A stretch of DNA of 64,000 nucleotides, taken from Squalus acanthias (lineage: Eukaryota). Positions 39,500-52,632 of the stretch are shown piece by piece. The notes beneath the pieces were generated by a model, which had not been told where the DNA came from, did no database searches, and was given only the letters and a program-made list of their open reading frames with translations. The first letter of the stretch is position 1. Each line of letters begins with the position of its first letter. The DNA lies in assembly GCA_030390025.1 (NCBI GenBank), contig CM059447.1:3286001-3350000 (forward strand), written 5' to 3'. Both the position numbers and the translations under genes were made by a program.

Positions 39500-39978
39500 T
39501 TCAAATCCCTTCATAGCCTCGCCCCATCCGATCTCTCTAACCTCCTCCAGCCAATGTTCCCTTTAAATTTTTTTTGCGTGTGCGGCCCATTCAAAATACC
39601 ACGCATGTGCGGTTTTTCCTATTTAAAAGCCGGTGAGTCGGATGCACAGGAGCTTTAAAGTGAACATTGCCTCCAGCCCTACAACTCTCCAAGGTCTCTG
39701 CGCTCCTCCAATTCTGGTCTTTTGTACATCCCCGATTTTCATCACTCCACCATTGGCAGCCGTGCATTCAGTTGCCTGGGCTCCAAGCTCTGGAATAAAC
39801 CTCTGCGCATCTCTACTTCTCATTCCTTGAAATCTACCTCTTTCACCTAGCTTTTGTTCACCTGTCCTAATATCTCATTATTTTGCTCAGTGTCAAATTC
39901 TGTCTGATAACGTTCCTATCATGTGCCTGGAGACATTTTCACTATATTATAGGCACTATATAAATGCAAGTTTTGTTG
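39500..39978 (+). mobile_element. L2-type LINE 3' fragment
   Basis: Remnant FKSLHSLAP...LRSS...GSRAFSCLGSKLWN typical of L2 ORF2 C-termini; ends AGGCACTATATAAATGCAAGTTTTGTTG. Confidence 0.7.
39552..39669. mobile_element. hAT-type MITE, 118 bp, nested in the L2 fragment
   Basis: 8-bp TSD CCTCCAGC; TIRs CAATGTTCCCTTTAA / TTAAAGTGAACATTG (14/15 match). Confidence 0.85.
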
Positions 39979-41688
39979 AGTTTGGAAGACACCTTTTTTT
40001 TTCCTTGTTTCCCAGTTTTAAACTTGAGTACGAGAGGTATATTCTTGACAGCGAACATCCAATCATTCAGTTCTTCCATTGTGTGGAGGTGGCATGTAGA
40101 AACTCAGTGATAGTTAGATGAACTCTCAACTGTAAGGTTTATATTATGGACACTGGTCCAGGCTTGGTATTACTAAGAGAGTTAGTGAAGTATCGTGCAT
40201 TTTATTAATTTGTATTCAAAGAGGTGCACGCTAAGTTTTTTGTAGCAAAATGAAAATTTGATGCATTGATTTTATGCTACTATTTAACCTTGCTTTTATT
40301 TTTTTTTAAACCTGATTCACAGTTCATAGCCTAAGTCACACAGTTTGACTAGAGTATTGTATTCTCCTAGTCTTTGGATAATGGAAGAACAAAGAGAGCT
40401 TGTGTCAATTCAGTAAATTATTACTGTAGTAAGGGCTTCTGTTCAACCCATCGACAACACTGCATTACCAGATATTGTGTGTATAAAGTCACACTCTGGC
40501 TCATTAGGGAATGAGGGCTCTCAAATGATTTTTGCAGTAGAGCAGTAACATCACCATCCTTCAGATGAGATGATAAACTAAAATGCTTGCCTGCCTGTTT
40601 GGCTGCACATTAAAAATCCCGTGGCACTGTTCAATGAAGTGCGCTGAATTCTATGTCCTGGCCAACATATTTCCCTCAAACAACACCCTTGATCAGCTGA
40701 CCAGTCATCTGCTGTGTTTGGGTCTTAATATACACAAAATGACCTCTGTAACTGTCACTGCACTTCCAAGTGCTTTGTGTGTGAAATGCATGCTAGTTTT
40801 TTCTTACTTTTTTCCCCTCCCTTTTCTGCCTGCTAGTTAATTGTTTCACTGGATATTCGCTTCCTAACCATTGCTGTTGACATAAATCACCCTAGTTTTT
40901 TCTCAAGTTCAAAATATAGCGACAAGAACATTAAGGGTTTTAATGTTAAGATGGCAGCACTCAATGTAAGATTGGATGGAGATATTTGGGGGGGAAAAAA
41001 ACAACATGCACTTATGCAGAGCCCGATCGTGTGTCTCAGCACCTTGTGTGCAATTAATTACTTTGAAGTGGAGTGACTTTTTCCATGGAACTAGCTACTT
41101 TCCTCAGTCCTTCACTAATTCCTGCAATGTGCAGGCTTTTAGAGCACAAGCTTGGCATTACCCAACCAGTACATCATGATTTAAATCCTTTTCTCCTACT
41201 CTTTCCAACCTCATTGCTGAGCCTTGGCTTCTTATCACTATTCTTCAAGCAAATCGAAAATAAAAGTTCTCCAAATTAATATCTGTTACCTTTGAGACTT
41301 GCAAGTAGGCAAGTATAAGCATTTGAAAGGCAAATATGTGGAGGGGGCTAATTTCCATTTTGTTTTGGTTGTAGGCAGAATTCTCAAGTTGGAAGCGCGT
41401 AGCAAAAATATTACCGATTTTTAATTTTCCCATCTGATTTGTTTTATTTATCTTTACCAGTTCTGTCAAAATTCCTTGCATTTTTTAAGGAATTGTAAAG
41501 AACAAAATGAGTAGGACCATTAAATTAATAGCAGACAGGGGAGTTCAGATGATAGACCACTTTTGTGGTATGAAGTATGAATTTAATATTGTGTATTTTA
41601 ACATTTGTAATGTGATCTTCAAATTTTCCATAAAGCCTATTATTGCTCATAATTAATGGTGTGTTAAACCAATATCTTTTTTGCCCAG

Positions 41689-41813
41689 GTATCGACTGCA
41701 AACTGTGAAATCCTTAGCAGGTGTTAGCCTTATGTTGCGGTTATTGTGGGCATGCTTACGCTGGGATGACATGGCAGTTAAACCACCATCAGGAGTCAGC
41801 ACTGCACGCACAG
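41689..41813 (+). CDS. BPTF: BPTF internal exon K (YRLQTVKSLAGVSLMLRLLWACLRWDDM...)
   Basis: ttttgcccAG acceptor, CAG|GTATGG donor; conserved motif translated by hand. Confidence 0.96.
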
Positions 41814-42367
41814 GTATGGGAGGCACTAAAGCATCTGTGGTTGCGACTTAAAAGTTGCATTCTTCAGTACTTTTGGTAAAGAGGATCTGCAACTGTTTGT
41901 GTTTTAGCACTACTCTGTTAGATACCACAAAATATAAGTCTTTCTTCGCATGTTCTTCACAACATGGCAAATTTCCACTTATGTAGTTGCCTATTAGTTT
42001 ACATTTTAAAAAGTGATTAAAATATAATCTGCAGTAAGAAAGAGAAAGAACTTGCATTTATATAGCGCCTTTCAGGACATCCAAAAATATATAATGTCCC
42101 ATTCCTAAGTAGTGGAATCTTGGTGAATGCTATGTCGGCAAAAACAAAATTATATACAGTATCCCTATTCATAAATAGTGTGGAATTCTGGATGTATGGA
42201 GTGACTTCTATGAGGATATTGATGAGAGAGATTCCAGGCAGTTTTACAGTGAGCTGCAAAGAATTGTGATGTTTTTTCCCTTTCAAAAGTTATATCCCAC
42301 TACAAATCAGTGAAACATGCCAGGTCAGCATTACTGACTTTAAGACTTAAAGCAAAATTATATTTTT

Positions 42368-43005
42368 AGAAACATAGAAACATAGAAAATAGGTACAGGA
42401 GTAGACCATTCGGTCCTTCGAGCCTGCACCGCCATTCAATGCGTTCATGGCTGAACATGCTACCTCAGTACCCCATTCCTGCTTTCTCGCCATACCCCTT
42501 GATCCCCTTAGTTGTGAGTGTTATATCTAACTCCCTTTTGAATATATTTAGCGAACTGGCCTCAACAACCTTCTGTGGAAGAGAATTCCATAGATTCACC
42601 ACTCTCTGGGTGAAGAAGTTCCTCCTCAGCTCAGTCCTAAATGGCTTCCCCTTAATCCTTAGACTGTGACCCCTGGTTCTAGTTTTCCCTACCATTGGGA
42701 ACATTCTGCCCGCATCTAATTTGTCTAAACCAGTCAGGATTTTAAATGTCTCTATAAGATCCCCCCTCATTCTTCTGAACTCCAGAGGATACAAGTTCAG
42801 TTGACCCAATCTTTCTTGATATGTCAGTCCGGCCATCCCAGGAATCAATCTAGTGAACCTTCGCTGCACTCCCTCAATAGCAAGAATGTCCTTCCTTAAG
42901 TTAGGAGACCAAAACTGCGCACAATACTCCAGGTGTGGCCTCACCAAGGCCCTGTACAACTGTAGCATCACCTCCCTACTCCTGTACTCAAATCCCCTTG
43001 CTATC
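42368..43005 (-). mobile_element. Young 5'-truncated CR1 LINE
   Basis: Uninterrupted ORF 42465-43022 ([25 protein letters not shown]); (TATGTTTC)n tail on the minus strand. Confidence 0.93.
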
Positions 43006-43988
43006 ATTTGAAGCTTTTGCATTTGAGATGTAGATTACTACTGCTGCTTGTTTCTATAGTTCAAATAAACTGGCACTTTTGACCAGAAGGCAGCTTCAAA
43101 GCCTCTGCTCGGGTATAACTGGGTCCCTGTAAGACTATGTTGTAGTTCAAATGCATATTTTGGGGACTAGATGTCGGTATGATTATAGAGCAGTTCCATT
43201 TTTTTATTGATTGTGATGAGGACAAATATTCACTTTCACACCAGTTATTTTTGCACTTTGAGGGGCATATAAACAGAGTAAACCTTTAGAAATGAATGAG
43301 AAAATCAACAATTGCAAATGGTGTTTGTTTATTATTCAAGCGCAGCCTGCTTTCATGCTGCCTCAGTGATTAAATGCACCACATGGTGAGATGCTGAAAA
43401 TGTAGAAATCGGGGAGATCCCAGAATCAATCGCAGTATGCACCAAATTAACTTCTCAGCTGGGACAGTAATCAGTGTGCTACATGTGTCCTTGGCATCCC
43501 TGGCTTGTAGATGGGGAAGAGAAAGTAGCTCCTAGCCACCAAGAATTATGCCTGTCAATAAGTATGCACATATGAATGTCTGGAAGAATAGTACTGGGGT
43601 TTCCATGGTCCCGTTGCCCAGCAATATTCACAGTCTAGGTTGATACACAAGTAATGGCCATATAGTGAGGTATCAGAGGGTTGACATTGCCCATTACACT
43701 GTACCCCAAGAGCAAGGGTAAAAAAAAATGGGCGGGGCCTAAATTTATTGAAATTACCAGCAGAGGCACTCGAGTCCTCTATCTCATTCAGACCATTTTT
43801 GGCATTATTTTAATAACCAAGCTAATTGCACAGAAGCATAAATGTAGTACAGAAAATATTTTTTATAATTTTATGTTAGGATTTTAAGTGGTGACTCTTG
43901 CTAGTTTACAATTAGGATATCCATCTAACACTTTGTAGACAATGGAAAAAAAATGAAGGATGAACTCACCCATATTATAACTTTGCAG

Positions 43989-44117
43989 AAACTACAGAAA
44001 CTGATATCACTACTACTGAGATTATCAAGCGAAGAGATGTTGGTCCTTATGGAATCCGTTCTGAATACTGCATTCGGAAAATTATCTGTCCTATTGGTGT
44101 TCCTGAAACCCCTAAAG
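43989..44117 (+). CDS. BPTF: BPTF internal exon L (ETTETDITTTEIIKRRDVGPYGIRSEYCIRKIICPIGVPETPK)
   Basis: tttgcAG acceptor, AAG|GTAGTG donor; near-identical to the remembered BPTF sequence. Confidence 0.96.
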
Positions 44118-44267
44118 GTAGTGTTCATCGCGGGCAAATTTTAAAATGGAATATAGGGTATTCTGCCTGTGAAGATGTTGCTGGTTTTGTTTTAATTTTG
44201 GTGCAGAAACTCATTTCTCATCCCTGAGAAGAAGTTTGCTTTACTTAAATTTAAAACCTTGGTTTGA

Positions 44268-45050
44268 GACTCTCCCTTTTCCCTCGACCCTAATATCAAA
44301 TTCAATCATGTTATGGTCACTATATGCATGATGTTCCTTCACTGTCAGATTGATAACTAATTCTGGTTTGTTAATCATCACTAAATCTAGTATAGCCTGT
44401 TTCTTTGTCTGTTCTGAAACATAGTGTTCTAGAAAACTGCCCCAAGTACATTCTAGAAATGTATTGCTTTTACTACTTGAGCTGTTCTGCTTCTCCCAGT
44501 CAATGTGAAAATTAATATCTCATGTTGCAACCAAATTTATTTTGCTACATGCTTCCTGATCTCCCTATTTATACATCCTGGCCCACTACATTACTACTAC
44601 CAGGAGGTCTGTAACAAGTGCTTCTTTGCTGTTCCTTAACTCTACCCATATTGTTTTCACTGCCTGAACACCCTTACTGGAATCCCTTCTTTCTACTTCT
44701 GTAATTGTGTATTTTATCAATATTGCTACTTCCCCCCCTCCTTTCCCAGTTTCCCTGTCCTTTCTAAAAATCCAAAACCATGGATAGTTGGCTCCCAGCT
44801 TGTAGCCAGGTCTCTCTAATGCCTACGACATCATGCCCTTTAAGCTGAATTTGTGCTTGTAACTCACTTGTTTTATTTCTTATCCTGGATATTTCTGGAC
44901 ACAACACTTATTTGAGTAACTGTCTCCACCCTGCCCGTGGATTTCACTTGCACGTTTGCCTTAGTGTGTGGATTTTCTCCTGCCACCCCCTGAACTAGTT
45001 TAAATCCTTCCCCACTGTCCTATTTACCCTTTCTGTAAGGATAGTGAATT
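44268..45050 (-). mobile_element. Old CR1 LINE endonuclease-region remnant
   Basis: Degenerate similarity to the 27500-28150 region; boundaries approximate. Confidence 0.55.
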
Positions 45051-45547
45051 TTACCTTCCATAGTGAATTTCTGCAATGCTGTACAAAATAACTAGGTTAC
45101 CTAGGATGCAGACCAACGCAGTCAGGCATATCGGTGCAGAGCTGGGCTACCATGCTTGTGGGAACCAAATTTTTGAAAAATAACTGATATTTTAACCTTT
45201 GCAGTTTCTATTCCGTGCATTTTGGTAGCTCTTAACTGGGCCACTAGATGGGGCTCCTTGTGCTTTTGGATGCTTTACTTGGGGCTAGGGGGGAGTGATG
45301 GTGAGCCTTATTCTAACTCCGAGAGGATGTTACTTTTCAGCTGTTCATGGAGAAGCATTTGCTGCCAATGATGCTTTGGTCACTTGGTTTAAGGAGCAAG
45401 TTGTAGGCAGAAATAGATCAATTATATGTGATGTTAAAGATTGGGGAAGTTGTAACGGTGGATGTTTTTAAAAAAAAATATATAGAAGTTACTAATTGGT
45501 TAACGGTTCAATTATTTTTGTCCTGTTTTTCCCTCTCCATTTTAAAG

Positions 45548-45698
45548 AAACTCCAACACCGCAGAGGAAAGGTCTTCGATCTAGTGCTTTACGGCCAAAG
45601 AAGATTGAGGCCCCAAAGCAGACTGGTCCAGTTATAATTGAGACCTGGGTCCCAGAGGAAGAGCTGGATTTGTGGGAGATTCGCAGTTTTGCAGAGAG
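45548..45698 (+). CDS. BPTF: BPTF internal exon M (ETPTPQRKGLRSSALRPK...WEIRSFAER)
   Basis: Pyrimidine tract plus AAG acceptor, AG|GTAGAA donor; conserved sequence. Confidence 0.96.
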
Positions 45699-47437
45699 GT
45701 AGAACAGACTTGATTCACATCTAGGTTTATTCAGTGGAAAAATACAGTACAATCTTAGCACCTGACCGATTTCCAGTAGAATGCAGCTTATTTTCATTAT
45801 GCTGCAAAGTTATTAAATTTTATGTTTCTATCGTGAATAGTTGGAAGGTTTGTGAGAAAAGTTGCAATATAGAGGCATTATTGTTGCACCACTTTGGATT
45901 TGCTTGTGTGTCTATTTAATTAGTGTACGGTGAATCTAAAACTAAGTTGGAAGTTTAATATTTGAGATCTGGATAATGTTTCAAGTTCTAAACTTATGCT
46001 TCATATGCCTCTAAATAACATTGCAAAATGTAAAATTTGATCTGAAAAAGCTTCAGCGCAAAATGTTTTTGTAATTACGGTAGGTGTTCAAAATTGTTTT
46101 GTTTCAATTCCATGCATGCTGGTTTCTTGGAAAGAAATAGGAAATGGTTCTGTTGTAAAATATTTCAGAAGTCATAGCTGGTATACCTACTAACTTTACT
46201 ATAGAATCTGCTACATAAGTTTCAGCTTAATGTCCATGTTTATAATCTGTAATGGGGTTGGGGAAGAAATTTCAACTTGTACAGAATTTGTAAATGCTTG
46301 TCATTGGGCTCGTGATCTATTTTTGACACCGGTTTGACCAATATATGTTGTGATAGTAATTTTTAGGAAGGTTTTTAGGATGTCAGTCTAACTAGGGTAT
46401 ATTCTTAAACTGCACGGTAGTAATTGCTCACTGAAGGGACATTGTCTTGGGCTCCAGGACACACACTGACTTGAGTAAAAGGGTAGATTTGATGAGAACA
46501 TTAATAAAGGATATTTTTTCAGGCTGCAGTTTCATTTATAATGCTTTATACGCAGATCATCGCAGCATTGGGGAAGAAAAGATTGTAAACAAGAATGGTG
46601 CAATTCACAATTGGCAGGGAAAATGCCCATGTCTTTATGGGTAACCCCCTTAAAATCAGTAGGAGTTTGTATTGTTGAGTAGAAATGCTACCAATTAAGT
46701 CTTTACTCTTAGATAAAAGTCCTCCAAATGTATTAAGTGCTTTGGGCAACAGAAGCACTCCTTCATATATTGCATGTTCATTGAATAAAGTATGTGAAAA
46801 TGGAGGCGTTTGTTTTAAGGAAATAGGTGCATGTATCCAAAAGATGTGTAGGTAAATCTGATAGAGAAATTAATAAAAGTACATAGTAAGTGTGAATATA
46901 CATTGAAGATTTCAAGTTGGTACCTGCAAACAATGGATTTGTTTCTGTGGGATGATTTTATTTTCTCCCATTCATGGATGTCTGAGGTGGGAATGGGGTA
47001 TTTTTCAACTTGGGTGCGCAGTGCCAGCATCCGGCACTACTAAGTAAGCACAGCAGAGGAAAGCCCCCTCTATTGTGTGCTTCAAAAGAGCATCAATATG
47101 AACTCTTTCTTTCACAGCCCCATTTCTCATAGCAGCCATGTCCTGAGTGATGTGACTTTTAGTGTTTATGGGCAGGCTTGTGCTATGGACTCGACGCCAT
47201 TAGGGAACTGGGTGGCATAAGTGAATTTCACTCTGGCTGACTCACTCACCTGAGTGCTGGGTTCAAATCCAGCCCAAACTGATGGGATGGAAGCGTCTCC
47301 TCGGTTTGTTGGTTGTAAGGGTTCCTTGTGAACTGAGTTTGCGCAGTCTCGATCCAGTTTCTGGCTGATTCTTTGTATAAAATCACTAAATAAAATTGTT
47401 TTTTTTTTTTTGTCATATATTTACTTGTCTATTCCAG

Positions 47438-47561
47438 GGTGGAAAAGGAGAAGGCACAGGCTGCTGAGCAGCAAGCAAAGGTTAGTGAGCAGAAGAAGTC
47501 CGAAGAGTTCAAGGCCCAACTGGAGGCCCAGCTTAAGCAGCAGCGCTTGGCTGCTCAACAG
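47438..47561 (+). CDS. BPTF: BPTF internal exon N, long form (VEKEKAQAAEQQAK + VSEQKK...LAAQQ); short form ends at 47480
   Basis: ttccAG acceptor; two in-frame donors, AAG|GTTAGT (47480) and CAG|GTGGGA (47561). Confidence 0.9.
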
Positions 47562-47884
47562 GTGGGAAGGCATGAAGTTTCCTAGTCCCACCTGTCATTA
47601 AATTGCATTGAATTTAACATTTTTAAAGGAATGCATACTGTTTAATTTTTCAGACTGTAGGATGGTGGAGGCAGGATATAGTTATTCTGATGTTTGAATG
47701 CTAGAATAATTCTTAGAGGTATTAACATTTTTATGATACTGAAAATATTTGAGCTCTGTCAATGAATGCTGTTCTGTGGAAGACCTTTTTGATTGCAGAG
47801 TTCTGTGATCATGTAGAAAACTTCAAATATTTTAAACGAACATTCTTTGGCTTTAGTCTGTTAATGCATTAGATCATTTTTATT

Positions 47885-48489
47885 GGGCCGGATTTTCCGA
47901 TTGGAGGCTTCCTACGGGCGGATGCCGCCGATTGGGGAAAAAATCTACGCACTTACCTGCTGGCTCCGTAGGTCCCGAGACTTGCGATCCTGGGCCTCTG
48001 CTCTACGAAATACGCAGTGACCCAGGTGTCCCAGGGGCGCAGGCGGTTCGCAAGCGTCCCTGGGATCACGTGGGTCATGGGGAACCAATCAAAGAAGGGA
48101 ATCCCCCTGCACACTTTTGACAGGTCTCTACGCATAGATCTGTCAAAAGTATGAATGGGGATCACTTAAACAGTTAAACATTAAAGAAATTTTTTTTAAA
48201 GTATTTTTAAATTATAAATGAGTGGTGGGGGGGAATTTTTTTTATTTTTTTTAAACTCTTATGCTGGTAAAAGCAGGCCTTACGCAGGCTTTTACCAGGC
48301 GTAAGATTTTTAAAGGTTTTCAGCGGGCAGAAGTTGTGCAGAAAGCGGAACTCCCTGCCCACAGAGGCACTTTTCCCGGGCAGGTGAATGATCTGTCAAG
48401 AGAATTCTTGACCGATCGGAAGTGCCAGGTTTTTAGCACGGGTGCGTACACACCTCATACACACCCGTGGGGGTTGGAAAATCCGGCCC
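47885..48489. mobile_element. PIF/Harbinger-like MITE, 605 bp
   Basis: Perfect 14-bp TIRs GGGCCGGATTTTCC / GGAAAATCCGGCCC; 3-bp TSD ATT; CpG-rich. Confidence 0.82.
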
Positions 48490-48598
48490 ATTATCTCTGG
48501 CCTTTTTATAAATATTTTAAATTATAAGTATTCTGTTTCCTCCTCCCACAGAAGTTTAGGGATTTATTCAGTGGTTTGTGTGCTTTTTAAGTGTAGTT

Positions 48599-50750
48599 AC
48601 ATAGGATAAACAGACCATTCGGCCCAACCAGTCCATGCTCCACTTGAGCCTCCTCCCGTCTTTCCTCATCTAAATCTATCAGCATAACCCTCTATTCCCT
48701 TCTCCCTCATATGCTTATCTAGCCTCCCTTTTAAATGCATCTATACTATTTGCCTCAACTACTCCCTGTGGTAGCAAGTTCCACATTCTCTGGGTAAAGA
48801 AGTTTCTTCTGAATTCCCTATTTGATTTCTTGGTGACTATCTGAAATTGATGGCCTCTAGTTATGCTCTTCCCCACAAGTGGAAACATTCTCTCTCTATC
48901 CACTCTATCAAAACCTTTCATAATTTTAAAGACCTCAATTAGGTCAGCCTTTTTTCAAGGGAAAAGAGACCCAGCCTGTTCATCCTTTCCTGATGGGTAT
49001 ACTTTCGCATTTTTGGTGTCATCCTTGTAAATCTTCTCTGCACCCTCTCCAGTGCCTCTATATCCTTTTTATAATATGGCGACCAGAATTGTACGTAGTA
49101 CTCCAAGTGTGGTCTAACCAAGATTCAATACAAGTTTAGCATAACTTCCCTACTTTTCAATTATATCCCTCTAGAAATAAACCCGAGTTCCTGCTTTCCT
49201 TTTTATATGGCCTTGTTAACCTGTGTCGCTACTTTTAGTGATTTGTGTATTTGTACTCCAAGATTCCTTTGCTCCTTTACCCCACCCAGACTTGCACCCT
49301 CCAAGTAATAAGTGGCCTCCCTATTCTTCCTACCAAAATGTAAAACACCACATTTATCAGTGTTGAATTTAATTTGCCAATTATTTGCCCATTCTGCAAG
49401 TTTATTAATGTCTTCCTGTAATTTGTTGCAGTCCTCCTCAGTATTAACTACCCCCCCCCCCCCAATTTGGTATCATCCACAAATTTGATTCCAAAGTCTA
49501 AATCGTTAATATAAATTGTGAACTACAGTGGTCCCAGCACTGATCCTTGTGGAACACCACTCCCCACCTTCTGCCACTGTGAATAGCTACCCTTTACCCC
49601 TGCTCTCTGCTTTCTGTCTTGAAGCCAGCTAGCTATCCATTCTGCTACTTGTCCCCTGACTCCGCATTCTCTGATCTTATTCATTAAGTCTATTCTGTGG
49701 TACCTTATCGAAGGCCTTTTGAAAATCTGGATAAATTACATCATCTGCATTACCCTTGTCTATTCTCTCTGTTACCTCTTTAAAAAATTCAATGAGGTTG
49801 GTCAAGCAAGACTTTCCCTTTTGAAATCAATGCTGACTATTCATTATTATATTTTTGGCTTCTAGATGTTCTATTTTCTCCTTTCGTAGGGATTCCATTA
49901 TTTTTCCTACCACCGATGTTAAGCTGACTGGTCTATAGTTCCCTCGACATGTTCTATCTCCCTTCTTAAATATAGGTATTCTGTTAGCTATCCACCAGTC
50001 CTCTGGCACTACACCTTTTTCTAATGAATTATTAAATATGTGTAGTAATGCCTCTGCTATCTCTTCCCTAGATTCTTTTAAAATGCGCGGATGTAATCCA
50101 TCCGGACCAGGGTTTTTTTCCTCTTTAAATTTGATTAGTTTATTTAATGTCGCCTTTTTATTTTAAATGCAGTTATTTCATTACTAATCTCATGATCCAA
50201 TGTCATGTCCACCTGTTCTATCTCCCTGGTAAATACTGAGGCAAAGTAATTATTTAATAATTCTGCCATCTCTCTATCACTGCCTGTAATATCCTGTCCA
50301 TCCCTTAGTGGCCCTATTCCCATCCCGACCTTCCCTTTTTTATTAATGCGCCTGTAAAATATTTTACTATTTTGTTTTATGTTCCTTGATAACTTAATTT
50401 CATCGTTTATCTTTGCCTTCCTAATTTTTTTTTACTTCTCTCCTAATTTCTTTGTATTTTTCTTTACCATGCTCTCCCCTGCTGTCCATGTACTTAATGT
50501 GTGCTTCTTTCCTTGCCCTCAATTTTTCCCTTATGGCTTTATTCATCCATGGTGTCTCATTAGTGTTTAACTTGTTCTTGTTTTTTAACGGAATATATTT
50601 TTCCTGGGCTCTGTTGAACACCGTTTTAAATGTTTCCCATTGCTGTTCTACGTCATTGTTTGCCAATATTGTTGTCCATTTTATTTTCCCAAGTTCTATT
50701 CTCAGCCCCTCAAAATCAGCTTTTCTCCAATCTATTACCCTACTAATTGA
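48599..50750 (-). mobile_element. CR1 LINE remnant (RT region to 3' UTR)
   Basis: Minus-strand ORFs: PIFKKGDR...[35 protein letters not shown]; DWRKADFEGLR...PWMNK linker. Confidence 0.92.
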
Positions 50751-51923
50751 TACTGAAATTAATATGTTTCCTACATAAACTAGAAAAATTCTAATTCTAG
50801 CGTGATCACAGGGGTGATGCGTTTCTGAAATAATGTGCAAATCTTTTGTCTGTGAAGGGAGAAGAGTCTTGCATGGTTTCCATCAGAACGAACCCAACAA
50901 TGCACTTCTTTGTAAATGATGTCACTGCATCATGTATCTGAAAATAAGCAAAACCGTTTACTAAATTCTTACATAAGGGTGATGCCTTTTTGTTACATTT
51001 ATTATTGTATACCTTCTAGTACACTGGACAGATCTCCATTTGTTGGTTTAACCTGTTTCTTGTTCTGATACTTTGGCAGTGTTCCAGTCTAGAGTCTTTC
51101 AACAACATTCGTGCTGATAGGTTTAGTTTTTTTAAAGCTAACTCTGGAATAAGAATATTCACAACATCTTGTGGTATCTTCCTGCAATATAAACTATATG
51201 TAAAAATACAGAGCACAAAAGCAGCAAGTCTAATTTGCTCCTTTTTTTGTGGGCAATTGTAGTCTTCAAACTGATGGGAGACATTTCTTACTCTTGAATG
51301 CAGTTCAGCCTATTCATTATAACTTATATTTGGTACATTTTCACCTGGATGTTTTTCTGGCAGTCTAAACTGATCTGTTTTTGCACCATTTGCGATAAAG
51401 TGACGTTGGTTTTTATCTGGATGAATTTTAGAGGGAAATGTACCTTGTGCATATTATACAAGGGAGACTGCTGCTTTACCGAGCATGCTATCTGATTGAC
51501 TTTAATTACAATTTTAAAAAGTGGTGGATGTGGATAGGTTTTATAATTATTAGCCAGGTGCATAACATTGGCATCACTGTCATCAAATTATGCTGCACAT
51601 TGAAAGTCATTATTTTAGCACCTGACTGCAATCATGCTGTAGCTGTAAAAGAGCTGTTTTTTTTAACAAACTTATTTAACTTCTATATCATATAATGGAA
51701 AAAAAAGTACAGTTGCAATACGCATAGAAATCTCTCATTCTATCTTTCCAGCCAGCGCTCAATCGCTAATATGGCAGTTACCACCTCCACCTCTGGTTTT
51801 GGTATTTTTGTTTTTAAGCGCTGCTTAAAATTCAGGCATTTTTAGCTCTTAAGTAAACATAGATTGCCATAAGATTTTCAGTATCCACATGCCATAAACC
51901 ACTTGCAAATTGGTTATCGAATA

Positions 51924-52170
51924 CAGGTTGAGTGTCCAAAATCCGGAGTTCCGGACTCCGGGACGATTGGTGGCAGGGTCGTCCGGAATCCGTAAAATGT
52001 TCCGGAATCCGGACACCCTGAGGGAGGCTTACCAAAAACCGGAAATATCGCAACCTGGGCTTGGGCGTTTCCGGACTTCGGACATCAGAAACATGTTCCG
52101 AAGTCCGGAAAAACACGAAAACCGGCTCGGCCTCGGTCCCGAGGTTGCCGGATTCGGGACGCTCAACCTG
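51924..52170. mobile_element. Tc1/mariner (pogo/Tigger-like) MITE, 247 bp
   Basis: TA|CAGGTTGAGTGTCC...GGACGCTCAACCTG|TA TIRs with TA TSD; many internal TCCGGA motifs. Confidence 0.82.
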
Positions 52171-52632
52171 TATTGGTTATCGCAACAAAATTGGATGCAT
52201 TTTAAGTGATGGTGATGATCCCAAATTAATTGAGTTCACGTAAATCGCAAAAATCACACTCTGGAAAATGAACACTTCTCGGTGTGTCATGGTCTACAAA
52301 TGTCCAGTTTTAATCATTCCAATTTAAGTTTTAATGCCTGTAAGATTGTTTGGAAATGTTGTGAATGCCCATCATAAGTGCAATGTTGGTAGTGACATTG
52401 CAGTTAAATGTTCAATCCATATGTATAAACGGTGAGGATTCATTTACACAAAGGGTGGGTGGGGAAGAGGAGAGAATGGGAACATTGGAATGTCTCATTT
52501 GTATATCTGTTCTGCGAATACATCTGAGGACGGGAATATTGTCATGCATCATGTTTCATTTTTATGTTCTGAAAATAATTTCGGTGGTGCTGTGTTGAAA
52601 ACCTTTTTGTAACTTTTATTGTACCTTAACAG

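Noticed and set aside
51832-52243. Overlapping ORFs in a GC-rich patch
   Set aside because: They fall in a non-coding TIR-bounded MITE; GC richness explains the open frames.
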